DNA of 64,000 nucleotides from Octopus vulgaris (lineage: Eukaryota): contig OX597836.1 of NCBI GenBank assembly GCA_951406725.2, positions 43,090,001-43,154,000 on the forward strand, given 5' to 3'. Shown one piece after another: positions 1-14,764 of the stretch; position 1 is the first letter of the stretch, and every line of letters starts with the position of its first letter. The translations under genes were made by a program, and so were the position numbers. The notes beneath the pieces are model-generated. The model had not been told where the DNA came from. It made no database searches and was given only the letters and a program-made list of their open reading frames with translations.

Positions 1-121
1 GCTTAACCCCATGGACGTCTCATCAGACCCTTAAACCGCAGACAATATATATATTTGTGTGTATGTGGGGGAGTGTACCTATATATATATATATATGTAT
101 GAAAATATGTATATATATATA

Positions 122-154
<33 letters not shown>

Positions 155-217
155 GTATATATGTATATATATGTATATGTATATGTATGCAAGTATGTAT
201 GTATGTATCTACCTGTC

Positions 218-261
<44 letters not shown>

Positions 262-297
262 CATACATATACATATATATATATATATATAATATAC

Positions 298-351
<54 letters not shown>

Positions 352-1048
352 CGCAGAAAGAATATAACATTAAGTTTACGGGCAGAAAAAAGGTAAAACA
401 AAATGGTGGAAAAGTCTTTTAGATTTCGAGAATATACTTTTCATCTTAAAGAAATAATACTGAAGAAGTGAACAAAGGCTTCTAATACGTAACGGTAGCA
501 ATAATAATGAATAAGGTATGAAGCAGTGTGGGCGAACCGGTAACATTGGCTTTGAAACACTCGTCTATTGTATACCTGTGAACTAATTCAAGGTTAACAA
601 TACTGGGAATTTGGTGACTTGTTTACTTCTCGTACGTGACACTGAAGTCACGCGTCTATTGATTTGACTTGGCCATGTAGACATGTACACTCCTACTTTC
701 ACTTTCCCCCTTTCTCTTCCCACTCTCTCTCTCACGTGCGAACGTACTCCAATAGCGCATATATAACATATTAAGGCTGGTGCATAATTATTGCAGCTCT
801 TTTGCAACAAATTTTATTCAACAGAAACAATAACAACATGTGACAAAAACGTCTTTAAATGATTATTCCGGAGCATATTCACCATCTACTTCAATTACCG
901 CTTCTCATTTTTCTTGGCAGACGGTCACACCGTCGGTTAAAAAGGCTTTTGTTAAATATTATTATTGTTATTGTTAGTGTTGAATAAAATTTGAAAAAAA
1001 GCCGCACTAACTCTGCACCAACCCATTAAATATATCATAAATATTAAA

Positions 1049-1096
<48 letters not shown>

Positions 1097-1253
1097 AAAT
1101 TTTTAGAAAAACGAAAGACGAAGACAGGTGTATGAACAACAGGCAAATCACTAGCATATTTAAAATCGGAAGACTAAAAATTGCATTACATACAAAATTA
1201 AGAGGAATGACCACTAAAGTGGAAACCCTATGTGCTAAACATGGACGTGTATG

Positions 1254-1339
<86 letters not shown>

Positions 1340-1402
1340 CGTATATATATATATATGTATATATATATATACATATATATATATACATATGTGTATATAT
1401 AC

Positions 1403-1454
<52 letters not shown>

Positions 1455-1455
1455 A

Positions 1456-1522
<67 letters not shown>

Positions 1523-1536
1523 ATCTATCTATTATC

Positions 1537-1594
<58 letters not shown>

Positions 1595-1764
1595 CTGTGT
1601 GTATATAATATATGAACATACATGCATACATATATACATATAAATACAATATCCCTATATTTGAACTATATATATATATATTTCATATTTTTATATATAT
1701 GATATATCTATAATATATATATGCGGTATTGGAGTGCGCTCTCACGTGCGCTTGTGTGTGAGAA

Positions 1765-1796
<32 letters not shown>

Positions 1797-2200
1797 TGAG
1801 AGAGAGAGAGAGGGAGATGGGAAAGTGAGTGTAGGAGTGTACATGTCTACATGGCCAAGTCAAATCAATAGACGCGTGACTTCAGTGTCACGTACGAGAA
1901 GTAAACAAGTCACCAACTTTCCAGTATTGTTAACCTTGAAATAGTTCACAGGTTTACAATAGACGAGTGTTTCAAAGCCAATGTTACCGGTTCGCCCACA
2001 CTGCTTCATACCTTATTCATTATTATTGTTACCGTTACGTATTCTAAGCCTTTGTTCACTTCTCCAGTATTATTTCTTTAAGATGAAAAGTATATACTGA
2101 AAATCCAAAAGACTTTTCCACCATTTTGTATTACCTTTTTTCTGCCCGTAAACCTAATGCCTCTTAGCTTTTTATTTACCTCGTATTTCTGTTATATTCT
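352..2200. repeat. ~400-bp inverted repeat pair (352-740 / 1790-2200), probably Penelope-like
   Basis: Long reverse-complement matches, e.g. GACGCGTGACTTCAGTGTCACGTACGAGAAGTAAACAAGTCACC, flanked by (TA)n. Confidence 0.75.
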
Positions 2201-2268
2201 TTTTTACATTATACACACACACACTGAATATATATACATAATGATATATTAATATATTTATACGTTTA

Positions 2269-2333
<65 letters not shown>

Positions 2334-3326
2334 GGCTTGAATGCGAGTTCGTACTTTAATTGGAGTAATTTTAAGCGATTTCTAACGTTGTTTCTGCAAA
2401 CTTTACTTTTGAATTTACTAGTGAAAATTTGTGTAGATATGAAAAGTTACATAGAAATATTAGGTATTTAATTTGACTTATTTGACAGAGTTCAACAAAT
2501 TCGTTTATATTTACGTAAATGGAGGAGATTAAATAATTTTTTATTCCTCTAGCTATACTATTGTTTCATACAGAAAGACAAGAAATTCATATTTCAAGAA
2601 TTTGCGTTGTCAGAAAGTACTCGTAGCAGCAGACGAAATACCTATTTCTTTATTACCCACAAGGGGCTAAACACAGAGGGGACAAACAAGGACAGACATA
2701 GGTATTGGTAACTGGTACTTAATTTATCGACCCCGAAAGGATGAAAGGCAAAGTCGACCTCGGCAGAATTTGAGCTCACAACGTAACGCAGACGAAATAC
2801 CGCTAAGCATTTCGCCCGACGTGCTAACGTTTCTGCCGGCTCGCCTCCTCAGGGTATGTTATTATAATAAAAGGCAATGTCGAAATAATAACCGTTCTCC
2901 AATATAATGTTATTGAATCAACATATAAACTGGCTGAGAGGAGGAAGCACATAAGCAGAGAGTAGTGTTGACAGTGAGAGCGATGGCGGATTAGATGAAA
3001 TGTTGATTGAAGCTAATTAAGGGAGAAATTTTCAATATATACGATTTTTAATGAGGTCAGTGATTTCCGAGAATTTGCAAAGGAGACTGAGTGTATATCT
3101 AAGATCGCTAGTAGTAGACCTGTGAAATTGTTTAGCAGGATCAAGATTAGGACTGTGGTGTTGGTGGTAAGAATTGGTGTCAGCAGTAAATAATTGATTG
3201 AATGTATTAGAGAAACATATCACGGAACACATGAAGCATAAAGAATAACTGCGTTCACTCGTGTATAAGCGGCCCTGATTTATACTTGATTTTAATTGAA
3301 AAAAGAAAACTCTCTCTTTCTCTCTC

Positions 3327-3570
<244 letters not shown>

Positions 3571-3667
3571 TACAAAATTTGACTTAAAGATGATTTAGAT
3601 AAACCTATCAAGTGGTGCTATCAAGTGAGACATGGCCTGGACCAATCTTTGGTCGAAACACATCTAA

Positions 3668-3711
<44 letters not shown>

Positions 3712-4821
3712 AGATACCACAGGCGTTCAATCACCCTGATGACGCACTAAAACTGCAAAAAACAACTTAGATGCAATATACAAATGGTCTGATGAAAATA
3801 ACATTCTGTTCAACGCCGAGAACACTTTGCAAGCGAGTAGCTGGATGGATTCTGAGATCATTCAAAACTAGGGGAAAGGATACCAGCCGTTTTTATGAAT
3901 AGCTTTGGTTCTCAGTCGTCTAAATGATTGCCCCCAACTATGGTCACTACAGAGCGCCAAACTGGTGGTGGAACTTGAGGCAATCCAGCCCCACTACACA
4001 AAGATTGACTTTTGGCTATTAGCAGAGGCTAAAAGAACTGAAGTGGAGGCACATAGACTAGTGGTTAGAGTAGCGGACTCGCGGTCAAGGGATCGCGAGT
4101 TCGAATCTCAGACCGGGCGATGTGTGTGTTTATGAGCGAAAACATCTAAGCTCCACGCGGCTCCGGCAGAAGGTAATGGCGAAACTTCTGCTGACTCTTT
4201 CGCCACAACTTTCTCTCACTCTTTCCTCCTGCATCTTGCAGCTCACCTGCGACGGACCGGTGTCCCGTCCAGGTGGGGAACCTATACGCCAAGGAAACCG
4301 GGAAACCGGCCCTTATGAGCCAGGCGTGGCTCGAGAAGGAACAAACAACAACAACAAAAGAACTGAAGCTCTACTCCCTAGCGAGGTGTGAAAGATATGC
4401 AGTGATATTCATATGGAAGATGCTGGAATGTTTAGCTTCAATCTTTGAAACTGAAAGCTATACTAACCACCGAACTGGATGGCACTGCCCAGTACCAAAG
4501 ATCTCGTCTTCTCCATCAAGAATAAGGACCAAGTACTGTAACAGCGTGGATTCCAAGGATCCATAACAATTCAACATACTGCCAAACAGCATCATAGATT
4601 TGCGAGGTGTAGATGAAGAGGTCTTCAAAGAGTGTCTGGACAAATTTTTTATCTAAGATACCAGATGAAACCACATCGCGACAGGTGGCACAAAGATGTG
4701 CAGTTCCACCCAACCTGCTAGTTCACCAGAAAAAGGTGCAGAAAAGAAACCTAATCACACTGAAAGGCGTTGCTCCAGCGTGGCCCCAGCCACTGGGTGA
4801 AACCAGAACAGGATAAAAGAC
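3712..4821 (+). mobile_element. CR1-clade LINE 3' fragment (RT C-terminus plus 3' tail), interrupted by a SINE
   Basis: Broken frames NLDAIYKWSDENNILFN, LVLSRLNDCPQLWS..ELEAIQ, KELKLYSLARCERYAVIFIWKMLE, GP*QFNILP..FLSKIPDE. Confidence 0.85.
4044..4355 (+). mobile_element. SINE family B (tRNA-derived head) with 13-bp TSD
   Basis: A/B-box head TGGAGGCAC..GTGGTTAGAG..GAGTTCGAATC and (CAA)n tail. TSD AAAAGAACTGAAG at 4031-4043 and 4356-4368. Related copies at 9688-10075(-), 15828-16122, 17746-18082(-), 20287-20670, 25955-26210(-), 54690-55020, 59638-59905. Confidence 0.9.
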
Positions 4822-4902
<81 letters not shown>

Positions 4903-4943
4903 GTACATATATATATATATAACTATTGCATGTATACATATAT

Positions 4944-5005
<62 letters not shown>

Positions 5006-5098
5006 TTATATATGTATATATATACATATACATACATATATATTTATACATATACGTATATATATATATATACATAGATATACATATATGTATATATA

Positions 5099-5174
<76 letters not shown>

Positions 5175-5175
5175 G

Positions 5176-5218
<43 letters not shown>

Positions 5219-6122
5219 ATATATATAATATATATATATATAATATTTATATATATATATATATGAAGGATGAGAAAGGGTGAAATATATTAATAAGGCA
5301 CGTTAATTTACTGAAATAAAAAAAAACATTTTAAAAAAATACTCACTATTAGTAGAATACTGTAAATAATTTGTGATGAGGCAAAATAAGTTAACATTGT
5401 CGGTAGAGAGCCGAACTGTGTACTGAAGATAAATTCGAAATCCTACAGTAAACCTTGAAATTTATGTGGGTAAGTGGGTGGCTTTTATAGTTGAGCTGTG
5501 TCGTGGGAGAATCTAGGATAGGATTGCTTGATTTCGCAATAATATATTGTTTATGTGGCTTGGGAATTTAATTCACACGAATCTATTTGAAATATATACA
5601 TGAATTTATTGCGTGAGACAGAGAGAGAGAGAGAGAGAGAGAGATGTAATGAAAGGGAGAGCTAACGGAGAGCGAGAGGAGGGTACTGTTTTATAGTTAC
5701 TCGGTAGACTTATTTACAAAAACACATAAGAGCCTTTACGAATATATTTTAGAAAAAAAATAAGTCGACAGGACAGCTTTCCTTCACTCCGTCTCTTCCT
5801 ATTTTTCTCCTTGGCGCTTCTCTCCCTTCTCCTCATCAACACGCCCAACAACAGAATGCTATGATTGTCACCTTTTGCCACTTTCATTTTCCCTCCTCCT
5901 CTTTACCATATCTGAGACATCAACTGGATAGTCTATTCCGGCGGACATTTTGGCCAGGGCCCATGGATAATTTCCAGAAATTCCTACTAGGGTGCATTAC
6001 TGATGGGAGATAAACTGCACAAGTGCAGAAGGGCCGTCAGTCGGGTCCGTCTGAGATGCGGGGTTTCGGAACGCTGTTACGACGAATTTTGCTAGCCTGT
6101 CAAGTCCCGAAGTATCTCTGAA

Positions 6123-6312
6123 TATACAAGGGGGTGCAAAGTTTCTGGCTTTAAGGGTATCGAGAAAGCTCTGGTTCGAGGCCCAAACTTCCGAGTTCTT
6201 TTACAGAGCTTAGAAAAACTGAAGGACCACTGCAATAAGTGCGTGAATATCAGAGGGGAATATGTTCAATAAAATCACAACTGATCATCCTGTATTTTCT
6301 TTTACCCAAAGG
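6123..6312 (+). mobile_element. mariner-derived MITE
   Basis: TACAAGGGGGTGC end and the transposase C-terminal remnant KLKDHCNKCVNIRGEYVQ*. Same family as 45302-45973. Confidence 0.7.
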
Positions 6313-6334
6313 CTTTTTATGGTAGCTCTCTCAG

Positions 6335-6612
6335 ACATAGAATCAGTTATGCAGACAGCCACACTTACTAGCTAAGCCGACGACACAAAAAGAGTACAAG
6401 CAATCAAAGAACCCTCCAAAGCCAATCTTCTACAGAAAGACCTACATGCCATATATAGACAGTTTGAAGAAAACAGCATGCAGTTTGGTGCTAATAAATT
6501 CCAAGCCCTCCACTATCAGCTAGCCAGTGCTCACATACTGCAACAACAATACTTTGGATCAAAAGGAGCAGCAATCCGAGGGTCTGTGTACTGCAGGAAC
6601 TTGGGATTCAAG
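6335..6612 (+). mobile_element. CR1-clade LINE RT fragment
   Basis: *ADDTKRVQAIKEPSKANLLQKDLHAIYRQFEENSMQFGANKFQALHY corresponds to the YADD region of CR1 RT. Confidence 0.8.
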
Positions 6613-6955
6613 ACCACAACACACACAATCCTTTCCGGGACACGTACACACACACACAAACACTCACATATATATATACACACACACAAATACATACATC
6701 CATACACACACATGTAAACACACACATATTTATATACACACACAGAAATACATACATACACACATACGCACATACACACATACACACACACACACACACA
6801 TATATATATACACACACACAAATATATACATCCATACACACACATGTAAACACACACATTTATATACACACACAGAAATACATACATACACACATACGCA
6901 CATACACACATACACACACACACACACATATATATATATACACACACACACAAAT

Positions 6956-7026
<71 letters not shown>

Positions 7027-7185
7027 CGTGGCTGTGTCCTAAGACGTTTGCCTCCCAACCACATAGTTCCGCGTTCATTCCCACTGCGTGGCACCTTGGT
7101 AAACTGTCTTCTACTATATCCTCGGGATGACGAAAATACTTCATGGTGGATTTGGTAGACGAAAACTGAAAGAAACTGTCGTATA

Positions 7186-7246
<61 letters not shown>

Positions 7247-7657
7247 GTGTGTCTTTGCATCTGTGTTTGTCCCCCCGTCACCGCTTGACAGCCGGTGATA
7301 GTGTGTTAACGTCCCCGTAGCCTAGCGGTTCGGCAAAGGTGTCCAATAGAATAAGTACTATGCTTTAAAAAGTAAGTTCTGCGGTCGATTTGTTTGACTA
7401 AAAAGGCCGGTGCTCCAGCATGGCTGAAATGAGTTTCTGATGCCGGGGTGGAAATCTACGCCGCTATCTCTTCAGTTATCCGGCCATCGGAAAAATGCTA
7501 TTGAAAATGACCGTTATACAAAGGGAAATTACTGTGTGATTGACCGTTATTAAGACAAAAGAGTTATTTGAATGACCGTTAAGTAAGGGGTGGGAGTAAA
7601 GTAAGGGGGTACCGAATAATTGTCACATATTACATTTACAGACTTATATATATACAT

Positions 7658-7780
<123 letters not shown>

Positions 7781-7785
7781 TATAA

Positions 7786-7944
<159 letters not shown>

Positions 7945-7949
7945 TATAA

Positions 7950-8035
<86 letters not shown>

Positions 8036-8048
8036 CGATTCGTATATA

Positions 8049-9631
8049 CAGGTGTTGAACAAAATAATGGAAACGCCTAAAAATTTTCAGACAAATTTAT
8101 TTTAATATGGGGTAGGCCCAACTTTGGCAGTAATTACAGCTTGAATTCTACGAGGTATGGACTCGTACAAAGTTTGAATTGTTTCCCAAGGAATTTTTGT
8201 CCATTCTTCAGCTAAAACAGTCTCCAGTTCTTGTAAAGATGTTGGTGAAGGTTATCGACCCGTTACTTGTTTTTCTAAAATGCATCATAAATGTTCCATA
8301 TTTGGGGACTGTGGTGGCCAGATATGAAGTTCAACTTCACTAGGATGTTCCTTTAGCTGTGTGAATTGGTACATTATCATCCTGAAAGATTGCGTTTCTC
8401 TCTGGAAACAGTTCCGAACCATAGGATGAATTTGATCAGATAAAATGCTTAAATAGTCTTGACTATTAATTCTGCCATGAAGAGAAACCACTGGGCCGGC
8501 GGATTTCCAAGATATAGCACCCCCAACGCGATCATCACATATCCTCCTCCATATTTAACAACTGGAAGAAGGCTGTCTGGGTCAAATGCTTCTTTTGGCT
8601 GTCTCCACACGTATACTCGGCCGGTGGTCGGAAATAAGGTAAAGAATGACTCATCCGAGAAAATAACATTCTTGCACAGCTCTAGGGACCAATTCTGTAG
8701 GTTTTTACTCCACTCTAAACGCTTTGCAACGCTTACTTTTGAAAGTAGCGGTTTTCTGATTGCAGCTCCTATGAAATCCAGCTTTGTGCAACTCCCGGCG
8801 AACAGTTTTTGTGGAAACTGGGTTCTGGAGGTGGTCATTAAGCTCTGCAGTAATTTTGGGAGCTGAAGTTTTGTGATCCTTTCCAACAATTCGTGTAAGA
8901 GTCCGACGGTCCCTATCTGAAAGTTTTGGTTTTCTTCTGGAGTTCTGTTTCGACAAAGAGGTTTTTTCCTCTTTCTTAAAGGCTTTCATTATTTTCGAGG
9001 CAGTACTTCTTGATACACCAACATTTCGGCTGTTTTTGTTACGCTAGCACCTGTCATACGAGCACCAACAATTTGACCTCTTTGCAAGTCCGATATATAT
9101 ATGTCCTTTTAATAAATTTTAATCACCCTTTTCTGATGATATCTGAAAAGAAACAGCAATTTTAACAAATCATATCAAGCAACACTAATAATAATAAAAA
9201 AAACATAAAAATAAACAAGCGTGGCATCTTGGGCAAGTGTCTTCTACTATAGCCTCGGGCCGACCAAAGCCTTGTGAGTGGATTTGGTAGATGGAAAGTG
9301 AAAGAAGCCCGTCGTATATATGTATATATGTATGTGTGTGTGTGTGTGTTTGTGTGTCTGTGTTTGTCTCCTCAACATCGCTTGATAACCGATGCTGGTG
9401 CGTTTACGTCCCCGTATCTTAGCGGTTCGGCAAAAGAGACCGATAGAATAAGTACTAGGCTTACAAAGAAAATGTCCTGGGGTCGATTTGCTCGACTAAA
9501 GGGCGGTGCTCCAGCATGGCCACAGTCAAAATGAGTGGAACAAATAAAAGAAAAAAAAAAGGCTTTTGATGGTTTTATAGATATTTCAAAATTATGATGC
9601 TAGGTATTTCCAATATTTTGTTCAACCCCTG
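8049..9631 (-). mobile_element. Tc1-family DNA transposon with frameshifted transposase and a SINE-A insert at ~9221-9553
   Basis: TIRs CAGGTGTTGAACAAAATAATGGAAA / TTTCCAATATTTTGTTCAACCCCTG. Peptides RKPKLSDRDRR, RKPLLS, VIFSDES, VWR, KYGGGYVMI, IWPPQSP. Confidence 0.93.
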
Positions 9632-12215
9632 TGCATGCATAAAGACTGATAGACAGACAGACAGACAGATGAGTATGCGTACATTTTTGGAAGCACTCCG
9701 TCGGTTACGACGACGAGGGTTCCAGTTGATCCGAATCAACGGAACAGCCTGCTCGTGAAATTAACGTGCAAGTGGCTGAGCACTCCACAGACACGTGTAC
9801 CCTTAACGTAGTTCTCGGGGATATTCAGCGTGACACAGAGAGTGACAAGGCCGGCCCTTTGAAATACAGGTACAACAGAAACAGGAAGTAAGAGTGAGAG
9901 AGAAAGTTGTGGTGAAAGAGTACAGCAGGGATCACCACCATCTCCTGCCGGAGCCTCGTGGAGCTTTTAGGTGTTTTCGTTCAATAAACACTCACAACGC
10001 CCGGTCTGGGAATCGAAACCGCGATCTTACGACCGCGAGTCCGCTGCCCTAACCACTGGGCCATTGCGCCTCCACATGCGTACATACGTAAGAAAGAAAG
10101 CAGAGATTGCTGAGAAGACTCTTTAAACAAAATCATATGAAGCCAGAATCATATCAAGTTTCTCCACATTTATTACCTTTCTGTCTGTTCTCATGGTATT
10201 TTGCCATGTTTCCTGTATCTATTTATTGATAAGTTTATTGAATTGATTGTTGCCTTCATTTTTGCCACACTACATGGGAAAATATGGACAAGGGTTAACA
10301 CAAAAGTTTCAATATCATTTTCTTTTCGTTTATTATAAGTGGTGGTGGAAACAAACGATTTCTTGTTTGTCATTGTGTTACTTCTCTTTCTTCTCGTTTC
10401 CCTCCTCTCAATCATTCTCTTTCTCTCTTTCTCTCTCTCCACACACACACACACACTTTCTCTCTTTCTCTCATACTCTGCGTTAGTTCCTTTCTTTTCT
10501 CATGTCACCGTTGTTCTATATTTCTTTGCTTTTTGTCTCCGTGTGATTCCATTTGTAAAATGTTCGATGTCAAGGTTAACAAAGAAGTCGGTTCTTTTAC
10601 GAAGATAGACAATAACAACAACGATGATGATGATGATGATGATGAATTCAATATAATCTACCTAGAAAATACTGTTTAAAAATTTTGGCACAAGGCCAGC
10701 AATTTCAGGGGCAGAACTAAGATGATGACATCGATCAAAATGTTCAACAGGTACTTATTTTAGCGACCCCGAAACGATGAAAAACAAAGTCGACATCGGC
10801 GGAATTTGAACTCATAACGTAAAGATGGACAAAATCCCAATAAGCATTTTGTCCGGCGCGATAACGATTCTCCAAGCTCCCTGCCTCTAATCTACCTAGA
10901 AAAATATTGGTTTCAAGTTTTGGCATAGGACCAGCAATTTCTGGTGAGCGGGGTAAGTCGTTTAGATCGACCCCCAATACTCAACTGGTACTTATTTAGC
11001 TCCGAAACGATGACAGACAAAGTCGACCTCGGTGGAATTTGAACTCAGAACGTAAAGACGAACGAAATACAGCTAAGCATTTTGCCAGGCGTGCTAACGA
11101 TTCTTAATTCTTTATTGCTCACAAGGGGCTAAACATAGAGGGGTCAAACAAGGACGGACAAACGGATTAAGTCGATTACATCGACCCCAGTGCGTAACTG
11201 GTACTTAATTTATCGACCCTGAAAGGATGAAAGGCAAAGTCGATCTTGGTGGAATTTGAACTCAGAACGTAAAGACGAACGAAATACCTATTTCTTTACT
11301 ACCCACAAAGGGCTAAACACAGAGAGGACAAACAGTATGGCTTGATTTCTTTGAATTAAGGTGTACCTACACTTGTGTCATACATTTTATTATTAGTTTT
11401 CTAGGTCAAGGCTAAGGGCTGGCAGAATCGTTAGCACGCCGGGCGAAATACTTAGCGGTATTTCATGTCTTTGTGCTCTGAGTTCAAATTTCGCCGAGGT
11501 CGACTTTGCCTTTCATCCTTTCGGGGTCGATTAAATAAGTACCAGTTACGCACTGGGGTCGATATAATCGACTTAATCCGTTTGTCTGTCTTTGTTTGTC
11601 CCCTCTGTGTTTAGCCCCTTGTGGGTAGTAAAGAAATAGGTATTTAAAGTGTTAAACATTTTCGGTATGCAAATTAGGGACTCCTTCATAGAGTAACTGC
11701 TGCATTTGTTGAGTATATAAACAGTTTGGCTGTTTGCTTCTCTGGAGACTTAACAGAATGAAGTAGATACCTACGTTTATCAATTTTCATTTTTTTCAGT
11801 TATGCGGAGAAATGGCTAAAATTTGCCCTGTTTATAATACCCTATGTTACATATAACAAGCGAGACATTTATTAAGGCAATAAAACATAACCGCTATGAA
11901 TTGGAAATGACTCAAAACTGATAAAGCTCCTTAGTTTCCCACTGATATACAATACCGCACATAGATTTGTAACAATAAACATTATAACCTGTTTATTAGC
12001 ATTACCTAAGTTTCTGGCACCTTCGTTCTCAATCGTATGTTGTAATTCATTACATTTAAATAATAATAAAAAAGAGAGACAAGAGAGAAGAAGGATAAAA
12101 AAGGAAGAGAAAGAAAAGGAAAAAGTGCGGATGGGGGCAGTAAAGCATCGGCAGATGGAGGGCGAAGGGAGCGAAGGGGGCCGATGTTCCTTATATCCCA
12201 TAACAAACGGTGTAT

Positions 12216-12335
12216 TTAGCCGCGTCCCGTGGTAATGATCACGATGGCGTTGCCACGGAGAATGGCCACTAACATCCGCTGCAGCAACCACTCCACTTCG
12301 CGTGGCTCATTTCTCCGACGGGCTGCAGTTATCCC
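12216..12335 (-). mobile_element. CRE-like (RLE) non-LTR retrotransposon C-terminal fragment
   Basis: GITAARRRNEPREVEWLLQRMLVAILRGNAIVIITTGRG* matches the 'EPR...L.QR.S.A..RGNA' end of CRE-clade ORFs. Confidence 0.65.
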
Positions 12336-12853
12336 TGGAAAAGAATAACATCTCAGGGAGTTTTTTTTTTAATTGATGCAATTTTCTTTCAGAAAAGTCT
12401 TGGGGCCACTGTTGCGTAAGGGGCTACAAAGAAGTAAAAGAAGAAAACCTACAAACTCAAAAGAAGTCGAGGGGCAGAAAGCGTAAAGGATAGAATATCG
12501 TGGGTCAGAGGAAAACAAGACGATGGTAAGAAGCTCCAGAAAGCAACAGTTCAGAACCTATTAGAATAAAAGGATATGACCAAGTGCAGGGATGAAATTT
12601 CCTTAGGGACTGCAAGCCCGTCTCCCAAAATTTGCTACAAATAACTCTCTTTTACTCTTTTACTTGTTTCAGTCATTTGACTGCGGCCATGCTGGAGCAC
12701 CGCCTTTAGTCGAGCAAATCGACCCCGGGACTTATTCTTTGTAAGCACAGTACTTATTCTATCGGTCTCTTTTGCCGAACCGCTAGGTGACGGGGACGTA
12801 AACACACCAGCATCGGTTGTCAAGCAATGCTAGAGGGACAAACAGACACACAA

Positions 12854-12927
<74 letters not shown>

Positions 12928-13599
12928 GACAGGCTTCTTTTAGTTTCCGTCTACCAAATCCACTCACAAGGCATTGGTCGGCCCGGGGCTATAGCAGAAG
13001 ACACTTGCCCAAGATGCCACGCAGTGGGACTGAACCCGGAACCATGTGGTTGGTTAGCAAGCTACTTACCACACAGCCACTCCTGCGCCAATTTTTTTTT
13101 CAACTTTAATATCAAAACAAATATTCTCAAAGGAGGCGAGCAGGCAGAATCGTAAGCACGAATGCATCACGTGGTTAGTTGAAGGGAGAGACGAAGCGCG
13201 TGAGAAAGAAAAAACGATGAGAGAAGTCTCAGTGACGTGTGGTAGCGTGGGGAGGGAAAGGTGAAGAGAAAGAGAGAGATTTTAAAGACGGTAAGAGGAG
13301 AATTACATATTCAAAAGGTTTGTTGAAGAAAGAAACGGAGAAAAAGAGAGAAATATAAAGTGCTTAGCAGAGGGAAATTTTAAAATCATATATTGTTGTG
13401 GATGGATATGAAATAAATTAGCAAAATTTATTTTGCAGGAGTGGCTGTGTGGTAAGTAGCTTGCTAACCAACCACATGGTTCCGGGTTCAGTCCGGAACC
13501 ATGAGAACCACTTGGGCAAGTGTCTTCTGCTATAGCCCCGGGCCGACCAATGCCTTGTGAGTGGATTTGGTAGACGGAAACTAAAAGAAGCCCATTGTA

Positions 13600-13694
<95 letters not shown>

Positions 13695-14171
13695 TTGTGT
13701 GTCTGTGTTTGTCCCCCTAGCATTGCTTGACAACCGATGCTGGTGTGTTTACGTCCCCGTCACTTAGCGGTTCGGCCAAAAAGTGACCGATAGAAATAAG
13801 TACTGGGCTTACAAAGAATAAGTCCCGGGGTCGATTTGCTCGACTAAAGGTGGTGCTCCAGCATGACCGCAGTCAAATAGCTGAAACAAGTAAATGAGAG
13901 TAAATGAGTAAATGGTTTATTGAAAAAGCATTCGTAAAAGAAAGCGGAGATAGTTTTAAAAGTCAAAAAAGCACTGCGCTCATTTAATGAACAGTATGTT
14001 CGGTTAATCAAATAACTGAATATTCATTGTCGAAAACGACGGAAGCCCCATCCATTTACTTTCTGTTGTTCGAGGTCAGCTCTACACAGTATGTACATAT
14101 GTACGTAAGTAAACATGTATGTATGTATGCATGCATGTACGTTATATATGTAGGTATTATGGACGTATGTA

Positions 14172-14243
<72 letters not shown>

Positions 14244-14279
14244 ATACATATGTATATGTACATACTTACATCTATACGT

Positions 14280-14334
<55 letters not shown>

Positions 14335-14336
<2 letters not shown>

Positions 14337-14509
14337 CACAGGAGTGGCTGTGTGGTAAGTAGCTTGCTAACCAACCACATGGTTCCGGGTTCAGTCCCAC
14401 TGCGTGGCATCTTGGGCAAGTGTCTTCTACTATAGCCTCGGGCCGACCAAAGCCTTGTGAGTGGATTTGGTAGACGGAAACTGAAAGAAGCCTGTCGTAT
14501 ATATGTATG

Positions 14510-14543
<34 letters not shown>

Positions 14544-14764
14544 CGTTTGTGTGTCTGTGTTTGTCCCCCTAGCATTGCTTGACAACCGATGCTGGTGTGT
14601 TTACGTCCCCGTCACTTAGCGGTTAGGCAAAAGAAACCGATAGAAAAAGTACTGGGCTTACAAAGAATAAGTCTCGGGGTCGATTTGCTCGACTAAAGGC
14701 GGTGCTCCAGCATGGCCGCAGTTAAATGACTGAAACAAGTAAAAGAGTAAAAGAGTAAAAGAGA
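14335..14764 (+). mobile_element. SINE family A (tRNA head, internal (TA)n(TG)n, AAAGAGT tail), the dominant repeat
   Basis: A box TGGCTGTGTGG, B box GGTTCAGTCC. Other copies at ~7024-7430, 12645-13089(-), 13435-13912, 15083-15503(-), 22535-23411(-), 23741-24172(-), 34188-34595, 46721-47133, 48121-48425, 52230-52590(-), 55108-55630, 58003-58341(-), 60400-60873(-). Confidence 0.92.

Noticed and set aside
3736-3796. Two CTGATGA hammerhead-core matches
   Set aside because: They lie inside the CR1 RT reading frame and have no supporting stems or GAAA.
5415-5450. CTGAAGA..GAAA..TA hammerhead-like string
   Set aside because: Stems II and III cannot be formed convincingly.
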